Below are positions 9,153 through 19,245 of a stretch of DNA of 64,000 bases, in pieces. The notes beneath the pieces are model-generated. The model was not told the origin of the DNA. It was given only the letters and a program-made list of their open reading frames with translations, and searched no databases. The DNA is taken from positions 5,569-69,568 of the forward strand of contig CANOWY010000002.1 in assembly GCA_947571135.1 (NCBI GenBank), read 5' to 3'. The stretch is from an uncultured Mycoplasmatota bacterium. Lineage in GTDB: Bacteria; Bacillota_I; Bacilli_A; RF39; UBA660. Numbering within the stretch: the stretch's first letter is position 1; each line of letters begins with the position of its first letter. The translations under genes were made by a program, and so were the position numbers.

Positions 9153-10502
9153 TTGCTGGTTGAAGAGTTATGGGGACAGTTTTTAGAGAAAGTCAAAAAT
9201 GAAATAAATTCTGCTTCTTATAATGCTTGGTTTAATGATTTGAAACTTGTGAATATTAACAGTGATTTTTTAACCATACAGGTGCCGATGGAAATTCATA
9301 AGAAAATTCTTGCCGAAAATTATTATTCTTTAATAGAAGATATTTTATTTAAACTTTCTGGGATTAATTATGATATTAAATTTATTTTAAAAGATGAAAT
9401 CCAAGAAGTAATTGTAGAACCACAAACAATTCCACAAAATCCCGTAAATGATTTTTGGGAAAGTAACTTGGATCAATCCCTTAATTTTGATAATTATATT
9501 GTGGGAAATACTAATCGGTTTGCTAAAGTGGCCGGAATGGCTGTAGCAGAACAACCAGGAAAAATTCATAATCCATTATTTATATATGGAAAAAGTGGAC
9601 TTGGAAAAACACATTTAATGCACGCTATTGGAAATTTCATAACAGAAAATACCAATAAAAAAGTGTTATACACAACAAGTGATATGTTTATGAACGAATA
9701 TATTGGAATTGCTGGGATGGAAAAAGGAAAATCAGCAATAGATTATTCTAATAATTTTAAAAATAAATATCGAAATGTTGACGTTTTGATTATTGATGAT
9801 ATTCAATATTTAGTAGGGGCAGATAAAACGCAAGAGGAATTCTTTTATACTTTTAACGCTCTTCATCAAGCCAATAAACAAATTATTATTAGTTCTGATA
9901 GAAGTCCAGATGATTTAAAGAAAATAGAGGAGCGCTTAAGAAGCAGATTTATGTGGGGACTTCCTGTAAATATTGACCCGCCAGACTTTGATTTACGCGT
10001 CCGAATTATTAAACAAAAGTTAAAGGGAAAAAGTATTCAAGATAAGGTGGACGAAGAAGTTATTGAATTTATTGCAAATAGTTGTCAAAATGATGTACGA
10101 TTTATTGAAGGAACTTTAAACCGGCTTATGGCATATACAGCAATGATTGTTCCAGAGCGTATTGATTTAGAGTTTGCTAACGAGGCTTTAAAAGATTATA
10201 TCAATGTGAATATATATTCTGATAACTCGATTGATAACATTCAAAAAGCCGTAGCAGACTTTTATAATATTACTATAGAAGATTTAAAAGGGAAAAAGCG
10301 AAGTGCGAAGATTGCTTATCCACGGCAAATTGGGATGTATTTATCTAGAATGCTTACAGATGAAACTGTATCTAGAATTGGCATGCAATTTGGTGGTAGA
10401 GATCATTCTACTGTTATTCATGCTTGTGATAAAATAACAGATGACTTAAAAAGTAATAAAAAATTGGAAGAAGAAATTAATATGATTAAGAATAAATTTT
10501 AA
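9153..10502 (+). CDS. dnaA: Chromosomal replication initiator DnaA (TTG start)
   Basis: 449 aa with an AAA+ core (GKSGLGKTHL, Walker B VLIIDDIQ) and a C-terminal DnaA-box-binding domain. Confidence 0.97.
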   Translation: MLVEELWGQFLEKVKNEINSASYNAWFNDLKLVNINSDFLTIQVPMEIHKKILAENYYSLIEDILFKLSGINYDIKFILKDEIQEVIVEPQTIPQNPVNDFWESNLDQSLNFDNYIVGNTNRFAKVAGMAVAEQPGKIHNPLFIYGKSGLGKTHLMHAIGNFITENTNKKVLYTTSDMFMNEYIGIAGMEKGKSAIDYSNNFKNKYRNVDVLIIDDIQYLVGADKTQEEFFYTFNALHQANKQIIISSDRSPDDLKKIEERLRSRFMWGLPVNIDPPDFDLRVRIIKQKLKGKSIQDKVDEEVIEFIANSCQNDVRFIEGTLNRLMAYTAMIVPERIDLEFANEALKDYINVNIYSDNSIDNIQKAVADFYNITIEDLKGKKRSAKIAYPRQIGMYLSRMLTDETVSRIGMQFGGRDHSTVIHACDKITDDLKSNKKLEEEINMIKNKF

Positions 10503-10665
10503 AGTTGTGAATACATGTGCATAACTTGTAAGAAAAAAGTAGAGGTTATTCACAGGAAATAGAAATAAAAATATGGGAAAATAAAGGAAATAACGAAGTT
10601 ATAAACTTTATCCACTGTATAATAAATAAAATAAAAAAAAGAACAAATAAGAAAGAAGGAAAATT
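10503..10665. promoter_or_regulatory. Second DnaA-box cluster and AT-rich putative unwinding region between dnaA and dnaN
   Basis: One-mismatch boxes TGTGCATAA (10517-10525), TTATTCACA (about 10546) and TTATCCACT (10608-10616), followed by an A/T run at 10620-10645. This bipartite arrangement is typical of Firmicutes oriC. Confidence 0.6.
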
Positions 10666-11784
10666 ATGAAATTTGCAATTGATAAAAATATTTTGCTTGA
10701 AAATTTGAATCATGTAATAAAAGGAGTATCTACAAAAAATGTAATTCCTGTATTAAATGGAATTAAATTTGAATTAAACAATAATGGATTATCTTTAACC
10801 GCAAGTGATAGTGAACTTACAATTAATTCTTTTATTGAAGCAAAAGAGATTAAGAATATTGAAAGTATTGGAACTATTATTATTCAAAGTAAATTTTTGG
10901 TGGATATTATTAGAAAACTCCCAGGAGATGTGGCTAACTTTGAAGTTATCGACAGATTAAAGATTAGAATTTATACGGAAAATGCCCAATTTAATTTGAA
11001 TTGTTTAGATGCTAATGATTATCCTAATTTAAAAATGGAAGAACACAAAGACCCTATTATTTTAAAAGGAGATCTTTTGAAAACACTTATTAATCAAACT
11101 GTGTTTGCTATATCTACACAAGAATTAAGGCCATTACTTACAGGTGTAAATGTTACAATTGTTGGAGATGAACTTGTATTTATTGCAACGGATTCTTATC
11201 GACTTGCGAAGAAGAATATAAAACTTGAAAATGCGATTGAAACAGATATTAACATTGTTATTCCAGGAAAAAACATTATAGAACTTGAAAAAATTATTAC
11301 AGATGAAGAAAACGTAGAAATGCATATTTTTAATAATAAAGTATTGTTTAAGTATAAAAATATTAAGTTTCAAACGAATTTGTTATCAGGAACTTATCCA
11401 AATACATCGAATTTAATTCCAACTGACTATGCTATTATCGTAAAGGTACGAAAAGATGAATATGCATCAAGTGTTGATAGAGCCGCCCTTTTAACCCAAG
11501 GAAAAGATAAGAATATTATTAAAATGAAGTTGGAAAATAAAGTCATGACGATTAATTCTTATGCGTCTGAAATTGGAAAGGTAGAGGAAAAATTAGCAGT
11601 AGATACAGAAGCAAGTTCTAGTATTGATATTTCTTTTAGTTCTAAGTATATGTTGGAGGCATTAAGAACCATAAAAGAAGAAGAGATATTTCTTTTAATG
11701 ACAGATGATGTGAAACCTATTGTAATTAAATCTGTTAGTGATGAATCTTTAATCCAACTTATTTTACCAATCAAAACTTATTAA
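10666..11784 (+). CDS. dnaN: DNA polymerase III beta sliding clamp
   Basis: 372 aa with three beta-clamp domains, downstream of dnaA. Confidence 0.95.
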   Translation: MKFAIDKNILLENLNHVIKGVSTKNVIPVLNGIKFELNNNGLSLTASDSELTINSFIEAKEIKNIESIGTIIIQSKFLVDIIRKLPGDVANFEVIDRLKIRIYTENAQFNLNCLDANDYPNLKMEEHKDPIILKGDLLKTLINQTVFAISTQELRPLLTGVNVTIVGDELVFIATDSYRLAKKNIKLENAIETDINIVIPGKNIIELEKIITDEENVEMHIFNNKVLFKYKNIKFQTNLLSGTYPNTSNLIPTDYAIIVKVRKDEYASSVDRAALLTQGKDKNIIKMKLENKVMTINSYASEIGKVEEKLAVDTEASSSIDISFSSKYMLEALRTIKEEEIFLLMTDDVKPIVIKSVSDESLIQLILPIKTY

Positions 11785-11870
11785 TTTAGGTTTTTTTCTT
11801 TTTTCGACAAAATTTCTTTCTCATTGAAGTTATTATAGAGAACAATTTTTAACAGGTGGGAGGTGGTTTT

Positions 11871-12317
11871 GTGGATAAGTATGAAATTAACGATAAGACA
11901 ATTGCTCTTTATTCTCTTACGAATAAAACAAGAGTGTATGAAGAAGATCGATCTTTTGTTGTGGATGCTTTAGCAAGTGAAATTATGGAAGATAGTTGTA
12001 CCTATTTTGGTAGTTCTTTGGAAGGAAGAAAGAAAGGAACTCATAATTTGATAGGGGTATCTTATAAGGCGCCAGTTATCGTAGAAGAAAGTAATGATAT
12101 GATTTTTTTTCCTACAACAAGTCCTAAAGTAAAATCTTGTTCATGGTTACGCTTTAATAAAATTAAATGTTATTATTACAAAAATAATCATTTAGTAGTA
12201 GAGTTTAAGAATGGCGATAAAATTTTACTTAATATTTCTTATGATATGATTAATAATCAAGTTTTACGTGCTACTAGATTAGAATCAGTTTTAAGAGAAA
12301 GAAAAATTCAAAAATAA
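11871..12317 (+). CDS. ComK-family transcription factor-like protein
   Basis: CTYFGSSLEGRKKGT, IFFPTTSP...CSWL and ISYDMINNQVLRATRLESVL align with the B. subtilis ComK motifs CRFFGSSYAGRKAGT, FLFPTLS...CGWI and ISYNSFENQVYRTAWLRTKF. The likely start is the GTG at 11871, after a GGTGGGAGGTGG RBS. Confidence 0.6.
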   Translation: MDKYEINDKTIALYSLTNKTRVYEEDRSFVVDALASEIMEDSCTYFGSSLEGRKKGTHNLIGVSYKAPVIVEESNDMIFFPTTSPKVKSCSWLRFNKIKCYYYKNNHLVVEFKNGDKILLNISYDMINNQVLRATRLESVLRERKIQK

Positions 12318-12434
12318 AAGTGATTTCATGTAAAAAATGCTACAATAGAGTTTATAAATATGATATAATTTTAATAGGTATAGGAGTACATAAATACCTA
12401 TTATTTTATTATATGAGCGTAAAAGAGGCATAAT

Positions 12435-13526
12435 ATGCAAATACAGGAATTGAAATTACTAAATTTTAGAAATTATGAAAAGATACACATTACATTTGCA
12501 GACCACTTAAATATCATTTATGGAAAGAATGGAAGTGGCAAAACAAATTTAGTAGAGGCAATTTATGTACTTGCTCTTTCTAGAACTTTTAAACAAGCCA
12601 ACGATAAAACTTTGATTCGGAATGGAACTTCTTTAACTAAAATAGAAGGTATAGTGAATGCTAATTATCAAAATACTTATAAAGTAATTCTAACGCCAGA
12701 AGGTAAGAAAGTGAAAATTGATAACAATAAAATCACAAAGATAAGCGACTATATTTCTAAAATTAATATTGTTTTATTTAATCCAAATGATTTAAAAATG
12801 ATTAAGGATACGCCAAGTATAAGAAGAAAATATTTGAATATTGCAATTTCTCAATTAAATGTAAGTTATTTAAGAAAATTGAATGATTACAATAAACTGA
12901 TTAAAACAAGAAATGCTTATTTAAAAAAAATGTATTTGAATGGAAATTCTCTTCAATCTTATATGGATATTTTAACAGAGAAGATGGTAGAGATAGGATT
13001 AGAGATTTATGAAATACGTAAAAATTATATTTCTCTTATGAATAGTCATATAAGTTCTGTCTATAAAAGAATTGCAACAGAAGGAATTTTAAAGGTAAAT
13101 TATACTAGTGATTATGAAAATAAAACTAAAGAAGAGTTGATGATGGTTTATAAAAAGAATCTAAGTCGAGATTTAACTTTTGGAAAGACAAGTTTTGGAA
13201 TTCATCATGATGATTTAGAATTCATTTTAGATGATTTGCCTTTAAAAGAATATGGTTCAGAAGGACAACAAAAAAATGCTATCATTTCTTGGAAATTTAG
13301 TGAAATTACCATTATTCAAAAAGAGAAAAATGTAACTCCAATACTTATTTTAGATGATTTATTAAGTGAACTTGATATGGATAAGATTCATAATATTTTT
13401 ACGTTTATTGAAAATGATATTCAAACTTTTATAACAACAACAGAGATAGAGAAGGTGTCCTCTTTGTTGGAGAACGAAAAATATAAAAAGATTCATGTTA
13501 GTAATGGAAAACTAGAGGAGGTATAA
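12435..13526 (+). CDS. recF: DNA replication and repair protein RecF
   Basis: 363 aa with an SMC-like N-terminal Walker A (GKNGSGKTN) and the conserved position after dnaN. Confidence 0.95.
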   Translation: MQIQELKLLNFRNYEKIHITFADHLNIIYGKNGSGKTNLVEAIYVLALSRTFKQANDKTLIRNGTSLTKIEGIVNANYQNTYKVILTPEGKKVKIDNNKITKISDYISKINIVLFNPNDLKMIKDTPSIRRKYLNIAISQLNVSYLRKLNDYNKLIKTRNAYLKKMYLNGNSLQSYMDILTEKMVEIGLEIYEIRKNYISLMNSHISSVYKRIATEGILKVNYTSDYENKTKEELMMVYKKNLSRDLTFGKTSFGIHHDDLEFILDDLPLKEYGSEGQQKNAIISWKFSEITIIQKEKNVTPILILDDLLSELDMDKIHNIFTFIENDIQTFITTTEIEKVSSLLENEKYKKIHVSNGKLEEV

Positions 13527-13529
13527 AAA

Positions 13530-15452
13530 ATGGATGAAAAAGTAACACATTATAATGATGATGATATTCAAGTATTAGAAGGACTAGAAGCCGTTCGAAA
13601 GAGGCCAGGTATGTATATTGGTACCACGAGTGAAAAAGGGCTTCACCATTTAGTTTGGGAAATTGTCGATAATGCAATTGATGAAGCCTTAGCCGGATAT
13701 TGTGATGACATCGAGGTTGTGATTGGTAAAGGGAATACGATAACTGTTAAAGATGATGGACGTGGAATGCCAACTGGTATCAACAAAAAAACGGGGTTAT
13801 CCACAGTAGAAACGATTTTTACAGTGTTGCATGCTGGAGGTAAATTCGGTGGCGGTGGCTACAAAGTGAGTGGAGGACTTCATGGTGTAGGTGCCAGTGT
13901 TGTGAATGCCTTATCAACTTGGCTTGAGGTAACTGTTTATCACGATGGTAAAATATTTTATCAAAAATTCCAAGATGGTGGAAAACCTGTAGAAGAATTA
14001 AAAGAAATTGGTACTTGTGAAGAAAATAGGACAGGAACTACCGTTACGTTTAAGGCAGATCCAGAGATATTCACAGAAACAACTGTTTATAATTATGAAA
14101 CTTTAGCGAAACGTTTACAGGAACTTGCTTTCTTAAATAAAGGAATTCGTATTATTTTAATTGATGAGCGTGAAGAAGAGAAGAAGAACGAGTTTTTGTA
14201 TAATGGTGGAATTATTGAATATGTGCAGATGTTAAATAAAAATAAGAAACCAATTCATGAAAATGTAATGTATTTTGAAGGTACAGAAGATGGAATAGAA
14301 TTAGAAGTTGCTATGCAATACAATGATTCTTATAATGCTAATGTGTATAGTTTTACCAATAATATCAATACATACGAAGGTGGAACACATGAAGATGGTG
14401 TTAAAAGAGCATTAACTCGAATTATTAATAATTATGCTAGAAATAATAAAATTTTAAAAGATAATGATGAAGCGTTAACAGGAGAAGATGTTCGTGAGGG
14501 TTTAACTATGATTATTTCTTGTAAACATCCAGATCCTCAATTTGAAGGACAAACAAAAACAAAGTTAGGAAATGCAGAAGTAAGAAAAATAGCCGATGAT
14601 GTTTTTAGTGAAGGTTTTGAACGTTTCTTGATGGAAAATCCAAATGAAGCAAAAACGATTATAGAAAATGCAAATACAGCAGCGAGGGCTAGACTTGCTG
14701 CGAAAAAGGCAAGAGAACTTACAAGAAGAAAATCTCCACTGGATACGATTAATACATTAGGCAAGTTAGCAGATTGTACAAGTAAGGACGCTACGATATC
14801 TGAAATATTTATTGTCGAAGGGGATAGTGCGGGAGGAAGTGCTAAAAGTGCCAGAATTCCAAAAACTCAAGCCATACTTCCTTTAAGAGGTAAGATTTTA
14901 AATGTAGAAAAAGCAAGACTTGATAGAGCATTATCGAATGAAGAAATTAGAACCATGATTACAGCATTTGGTACTGGTATTGGTGAGGATTTTGATATTG
15001 AAAAATTAAGATATCACAAAATTGTTATAATGACTGATGCCGATGTGGATGGTTCACATATTCAAATCTTATTATTAACATTGTTTTATCGTTTCTTTAG
15101 ACCGATTATTGAAGGTGGGTATGTGTATATCGCTCAACCGCCATTATTTAGAATTACGCATGGTAAAAATATTAAATATGTGCAAGATGAAGTTGAGTAT
15201 GAAGAATATCGTGCTACCTTACCTGCAAGTGCAAAGCCTACAGTAAATCGTTTTAAAGGGTTAGGAGAAATGAATGCGGAAGATTTACGTGATACCACAA
15301 TGAGTATTGAAAATCGTGTCTTAAGAAGGGTGACAATTGAAGATGCTATGGCTGCCGATAAAATAATATCCGAATTCATGGGTGATGATGTATTGCCACG
15401 TAAAGTATTTTTGGAAGAGCATGGTCACGAATATACGGAATTGGATGTTTAG
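13530..15452 (+). CDS. gyrB: DNA gyrase subunit B
   Basis: 640 aa with a GHKL ATPase domain, a Toprim domain (EGDSAGG) and a PLRGKILNV motif. Confidence 0.97.
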   Translation: MDEKVTHYNDDDIQVLEGLEAVRKRPGMYIGTTSEKGLHHLVWEIVDNAIDEALAGYCDDIEVVIGKGNTITVKDDGRGMPTGINKKTGLSTVETIFTVLHAGGKFGGGGYKVSGGLHGVGASVVNALSTWLEVTVYHDGKIFYQKFQDGGKPVEELKEIGTCEENRTGTTVTFKADPEIFTETTVYNYETLAKRLQELAFLNKGIRIILIDEREEEKKNEFLYNGGIIEYVQMLNKNKKPIHENVMYFEGTEDGIELEVAMQYNDSYNANVYSFTNNINTYEGGTHEDGVKRALTRIINNYARNNKILKDNDEALTGEDVREGLTMIISCKHPDPQFEGQTKTKLGNAEVRKIADDVFSEGFERFLMENPNEAKTIIENANTAARARLAAKKARELTRRKSPLDTINTLGKLADCTSKDATISEIFIVEGDSAGGSAKSARIPKTQAILPLRGKILNVEKARLDRALSNEEIRTMITAFGTGIGEDFDIEKLRYHKIVIMTDADVDGSHIQILLLTLFYRFFRPIIEGGYVYIAQPPLFRITHGKNIKYVQDEVEYEEYRATLPASAKPTVNRFKGLGEMNAEDLRDTTMSIENRVLRRVTIEDAMAADKIISEFMGDDVLPRKVFLEEHGHEYTELDV

Positions 15453-15464
15453 GAGGGTTAAATT

Positions 15465-18023
15465 ATGGATAAGATAGTAGAAAATAATATTACAGAAGAG
15501 TTTAGAAAATCCTTTGGTACTTATGCAATGAGTGTAATTGTCGATCGTGCTTTGCCAGACTTAAGAGATGGTTGTAAACCTGTTCACCGCCGTATTTTAT
15601 ATTCTATGTATGAGGCTGGTTATACTCCTGATAAACCGTATCGTAAGTGTGCGAGAATTGTCGGAGATGTAATGGGAAAATATCATCCACATGGGGATAC
15701 TTCTATTTATGATGCTATGGTTCGTATGGCTCAAAACTTTAGTTTTAGACATATGTTAGTAGATGGTCATGGTAATTTTGGTAATATGGATGGCGATGGT
15801 GCTGCTGCCATGCGTTATACCGAAGCAAAGTTATCAAAAATTGCATTGGAAATGGTTAGAGATATCAACAAAGATACAGTGGATTTTGTACCTAATTTTG
15901 ATGAAACGGAACATGAACCTAAAGTTTTGCCTAGTAGATTTCCAAATATTTTAGTCAATGGGACGATGGGTATTGCTGTAGGTATGGCAACGAATATTCC
16001 ACCACATAATTTAGGAGAAGTTATTGATGGATGTGTTGCTTACATTGATAATCACGACATTGATGTAGAGGGCTTAATGCAATATATTAAGGGACCAGAT
16101 TTTCCAACAGGTGCTTCAATACTTGGAAATAGCGGAATAAGAAAAGCCTATGAAACAGGAAAAGGTTCTATTACCATTCGTGGACAAGCCGATATTGAAG
16201 AAGTTAATGGTAAAACAAGAATTGTTGTATCTTCATTGCCTTATCAAGTAAATAAAAGTGAGTTCCAGTCTCGTATTGGAGAACTTGTTCGTGATAAAGT
16301 TATTGATGGAATTAGTGAATTGCATGAAGAATCTAATTTAGAAAATCCAGTGCGTGTAGTTATCTACATTAAAAGAGATGCGAATGCAAATGTAGTTTTA
16401 AATAATCTGTATAAATATACACAATTGCAAAATTCTTATGGTATTAATTTACTCATGATTGATCAAGGTTCTCCTAAGATATTAGGGCTTAAAGATATTA
16501 TTTCTAAGTATATCGATTATCAAAAAGAAATTATTATTCGTAGAACAAAATATGATTTAAAGAAGGCAGAAGAAAGAGTTCATATTTTAGAAGGTTTAAA
16601 GATTGCTTTAGATCATTTAGATGAAGTTATTAAAACGATTCGTGAGTCTGCTACAGATGTTATTGCAAAAGAACAATTGATGTCTAAGTTTGGTTTAGAT
16701 GATATCCAAGCCAATGCAATACTTGAAATGAAATTGCGTCGTTTAACAGGTTTGGAAAGAGAAAAGATAGAGAATGAACTAGCCGAACTTTTAAAAACGA
16801 TTGATGAATTAAGAGCCATTCTTGCTAGTGATGAAAAAGTTCTTGCTATTATTAGAGAAGAACTATTAGAAATTAAAAATAAGTATGCAGATGAGAGAAG
16901 AACTAACATTGATATGTCTGCTATTGAGTATATAGAAGATGAATCATTAATTCCAGTGGAAGATATAATGATAGCACTTACTCACAATGGTTATATTAAA
17001 CGTACAACATCAGATACATTTAAATTGCAAAATCGTGGTGGAGTAGGTATTAAAGGAATGAATACTAACGAAGAAGATTTTGTTGAGCATTTAGTGAACT
17101 TATCCACACATGATTTTGTGTTATTCTTTACGAATAAAGGAAAAGTGTATCGCTTAAAAGGATATGAAATTCCAGAATTTAGTCGTCAATCTAAAGGTTT
17201 ACCAGTTATCAACTTACTTCAAATTGAAAAAGAAGAAAAGATAAATTCTATATTAAGTGTAAAAAGAGAAGATAATGCGAAATATTTATTATTTGCGACG
17301 AAGCAAGGTATTGTAAAACGTACTAGTATTAATGAATTTGAAAATATTCGAAACAATGGAAAGATTTGTATTAGTTTAAGACCTAATGATGAGTTAATTG
17401 CTGTTAAGAAAACTACTGGAGAAGATTGTGTCCTTCTTGGTTCTGATAATGGACGTATGGTTAAGTTTATAGAAGATGAGATACGTGTTATGGGAAGAAC
17501 TGCTAGTGGCGTAAGAGGTATTAACTTAGATGGTGGGGAATGTATTGGGGCAGAAATTGCTACTGATACTGATTCTTTAATTATCGTAACGAAGCAAGGT
17601 TATGGTAAACAAACTATAATTAGTGATTATCGTCAAACGAGACGTGGTAGCAAAGGTGTAAAGGCATTAAATATTACTGAGAAGAATGGACCGATGGCTG
17701 CGTTTAGATTAGCACAAGAAAATAGCGATTTGATTATTATTACCAATACTGGAATGGTTATTCGTGTCCCTCTTGATCAAATTAATACTCTTGGAAGAGT
17801 TACACAAGGTGTAAGAGTTATCAACTTAAAAGGTGAACAAGAAGTTTCAAATATAAGTTTGGTAGAGAAGACACCGGAAATAACAGAAACTGAAGTACAA
17901 GACGAAAATATTTCAATAGAACAAACTCAAGTTGAATCTGATACTGTTACTTCAAATGAAAAAATCGAGAGTGATATTCCTGAAGTTGAATTAAGTACAG
18001 AAGTGAAAGAAAACGAAAATTAA
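15465..18023 (+). CDS. gyrA: DNA gyrase subunit A
   Basis: 852 aa with the active-site region [10 protein letters not shown] and a C-terminal beta-pinwheel ending in an acidic tail. Confidence 0.97.
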   Translation: MDKIVENNITEEFRKSFGTYAMSVIVDRALPDLRDGCKPVHRRILYSMYEAGYTPDKPYRKCARIVGDVMGKYHPHGDTSIYDAMVRMAQNFSFRHMLVDGHGNFGNMDGDGAAAMRYTEAKLSKIALEMVRDINKDTVDFVPNFDETEHEPKVLPSRFPNILVNGTMGIAVGMATNIPPHNLGEVIDGCVAYIDNHDIDVEGLMQYIKGPDFPTGASILGNSGIRKAYETGKGSITIRGQADIEEVNGKTRIVVSSLPYQVNKSEFQSRIGELVRDKVIDGISELHEESNLENPVRVVIYIKRDANANVVLNNLYKYTQLQNSYGINLLMIDQGSPKILGLKDIISKYIDYQKEIIIRRTKYDLKKAEERVHILEGLKIALDHLDEVIKTIRESATDVIAKEQLMSKFGLDDIQANAILEMKLRRLTGLEREKIENELAELLKTIDELRAILASDEKVLAIIREELLEIKNKYADERRTNIDMSAIEYIEDESLIPVEDIMIALTHNGYIKRTTSDTFKLQNRGGVGIKGMNTNEEDFVEHLVNLSTHDFVLFFTNKGKVYRLKGYEIPEFSRQSKGLPVINLLQIEKEEKINSILSVKREDNAKYLLFATKQGIVKRTSINEFENIRNNGKICISLRPNDELIAVKKTTGEDCVLLGSDNGRMVKFIEDEIRVMGRTASGVRGINLDGGECIGAEIATDTDSLIIVTKQGYGKQTIISDYRQTRRGSKGVKALNITEKNGPMAAFRLAQENSDLIIITNTGMVIRVPLDQINTLGRVTQGVRVINLKGEQEVSNISLVEKTPEITETEVQDENISIEQTQVESDTVTSNEKIESDIPEVELSTEVKENEN

Positions 18024-18053
18024 AATATGTTTCACGTGGAACATATTTTTTTT
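18024..18053. terminator. Bidirectional rho-independent terminator between convergent gyrA and the NUDIX gene
   Basis: An 11-bp hairpin (AATATGTTTCACG / GTGGAACATATT, 18024-18047) is followed by a T-run at 18046-18053. On the minus strand an A-run precedes the hairpin and a U-rich stretch follows it. Confidence 0.6.
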
Positions 18054-18054
18054 G

Positions 18055-18570
18055 TTAAAGACTTTTGATTATTTCGAATACTTTTACTCTTTCTTTTGTA
18101 AAAAGGATAGAATCGTTATTTTTATTAATTAAATCTATAATTGTATCTATTTTGAACCATCTAACTTCGGATAATTCTTCTTTTTGGATAATAAATTCTT
18201 TCGCTTTTTTATTGCATTTTAAAAGATAGTAATAGAATATGTGTGAGTCACTGTTATTTATGGAACACTCTTTGTATAAGATTGAACTTAATTCATTTTC
18301 TTTAATTATTAAGCCTAGTTCTTCTTTGAGTTCGCGTATAGCGGCTTCTACTAGTTTTTCTCCTGCTCGCACGTGCCCACCACAAATTTCCCATTTGTTA
18401 GGATTGAATATTCTGTTGTTACTTCTTTTAGACAATAGAATTTGATTGTTATCATTGATTATAAAAACTATTACACCACAATGTAATAAATTTTTGCTAT
18501 GCGCTTCTTGTTTGTCGATAATTTGTCCTGTTGGTTCTCCCTTTTGATTTACTATTTCTACTAATTCCAT
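18055..18570 (-). CDS. NUDIX hydrolase
   Basis: 171 aa with the Nudix box GGHVRAGEKLVEAAIRELKEELGL (Gx5Ex7REUxEExGU). Confidence 0.85.
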   Translation of the reverse strand: MELVEIVNQKGEPTGQIIDKQEAHSKNLLHCGVIVFIINDNNQILLSKRSNNRIFNPNKWEICGGHVRAGEKLVEAAIRELKEELGLIIKENELSSILYKECSINNSDSHIFYYYLLKCNKKAKEFIIQKEELSEVRWFKIDTIIDLINKNNDSILFTKERVKVFEIIKSL

Positions 18571-18645
18571 ATTAAGTTTTCCTTCCTTATTTTTTTTATT
18601 CTAGCATTTTTTTAAAAAACTAAAAAATGTTTCACGTGAAACTTG

Positions 18646-18674
18646 TTGAAAAAAAGTTAGAAAACTGGTATTAT
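18646..18674 (+). promoter_or_regulatory. Sigma-A-type promoter (TTGAAA-N17-TATTAT) for the putative SRP RNA
   Basis: The -35 TTGAAA at 18646-18651 is separated by a 17-nt spacer from the -10 TATTAT at 18669-18674. Confidence 0.5.
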
Positions 18675-18679
18675 CTATT

Positions 18680-18757
18680 TGTGCAACGAATATATTGTAA
18701 CCTGGTCAGAATCGGAAGATAGCAGCCACATCAGTCTCTGTTCGTGTGCACTTTTTT
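18680..18757 (+). ncRNA. ffs: Miniature signal-recognition-particle RNA (4.5S/scRNA-like, domain IV only)
   Basis: CCUGGUCAGAAUCGGAAGAUAGCAGCCAC matches the universal SRP RNA domain-IV consensus (GGUCAG...CC-GGAA-GG...AGCAGCC, with a GGAA tetraloop). It is closed by a GUGCAACGAA / UUCGUGUGCAC helix and followed by a U-run at 18752-18757. It sits in the tadA-scr-dnaX neighbourhood, as in Bacillus. Confidence 0.55.
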
Positions 18758-18778
18758 ATTGATTAAAGGTGGAGTAGT

Positions 18779-19201
18779 ATGGCGGATAATAAAGAAATTA
18801 TAAAAATATTAATTAAGTTGGCTACAAAGGCTTATAAGAAAGGTGAGATTCCTGTTTCTGCTGTTGTGGTACAAAACGAAAAGATTGTTTCTAAAAAATA
18901 CAATTTAAAAGAAAAAATAAAAGATGTTACGGCTCATGCCGAAATTTTATGTATTCGTGAGTCTGCTAAAAAATTAAAGCGATGGAATCTGTCTGATTGT
19001 GACCTATATGTTACTCTAAAACCTTGTAATATGTGTATGGAAATTATAAAACAAAGTCGAATAAAAACTGTTTATTATCTTTTGGATAAATTAGATTATA
19101 AACATGAATTTTCAAAAACAAATATAGAACAAATAAAGTGCGAAGAAGATATAGATACTTATCAACAATTATTATCCGATTTTTTTCAAAATATGCGATG
19201 A
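18779..19201 (+). CDS. tadA: tRNA-specific adenosine deaminase TadA
   Basis: 140 aa with the CDA zinc motifs HAE...PCxxC (HAEILCIRE, KPCNMC). Confidence 0.85.
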   Translation: MADNKEIIKILIKLATKAYKKGEIPVSAVVVQNEKIVSKKYNLKEKIKDVTAHAEILCIRESAKKLKRWNLSDCDLYVTLKPCNMCMEIIKQSRIKTVYYLLDKLDYKHEFSKTNIEQIKCEEDIDTYQQLLSDFFQNMR

Positions 19202-19245
19202 TAAATTGTTTTTTTATGCTATAATTGTTCTTGTGAGGGGATCAT

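Noticed and set aside
18629-18642. GTTTCACGTGAAAC palindrome as a CodY box
   Set aside because: CodY sites centre on TTTTCWGAAAA without a CG core, and no other described Firmicutes regulator has a CACGTG-centred site that I know of. The regulator is left unassigned.
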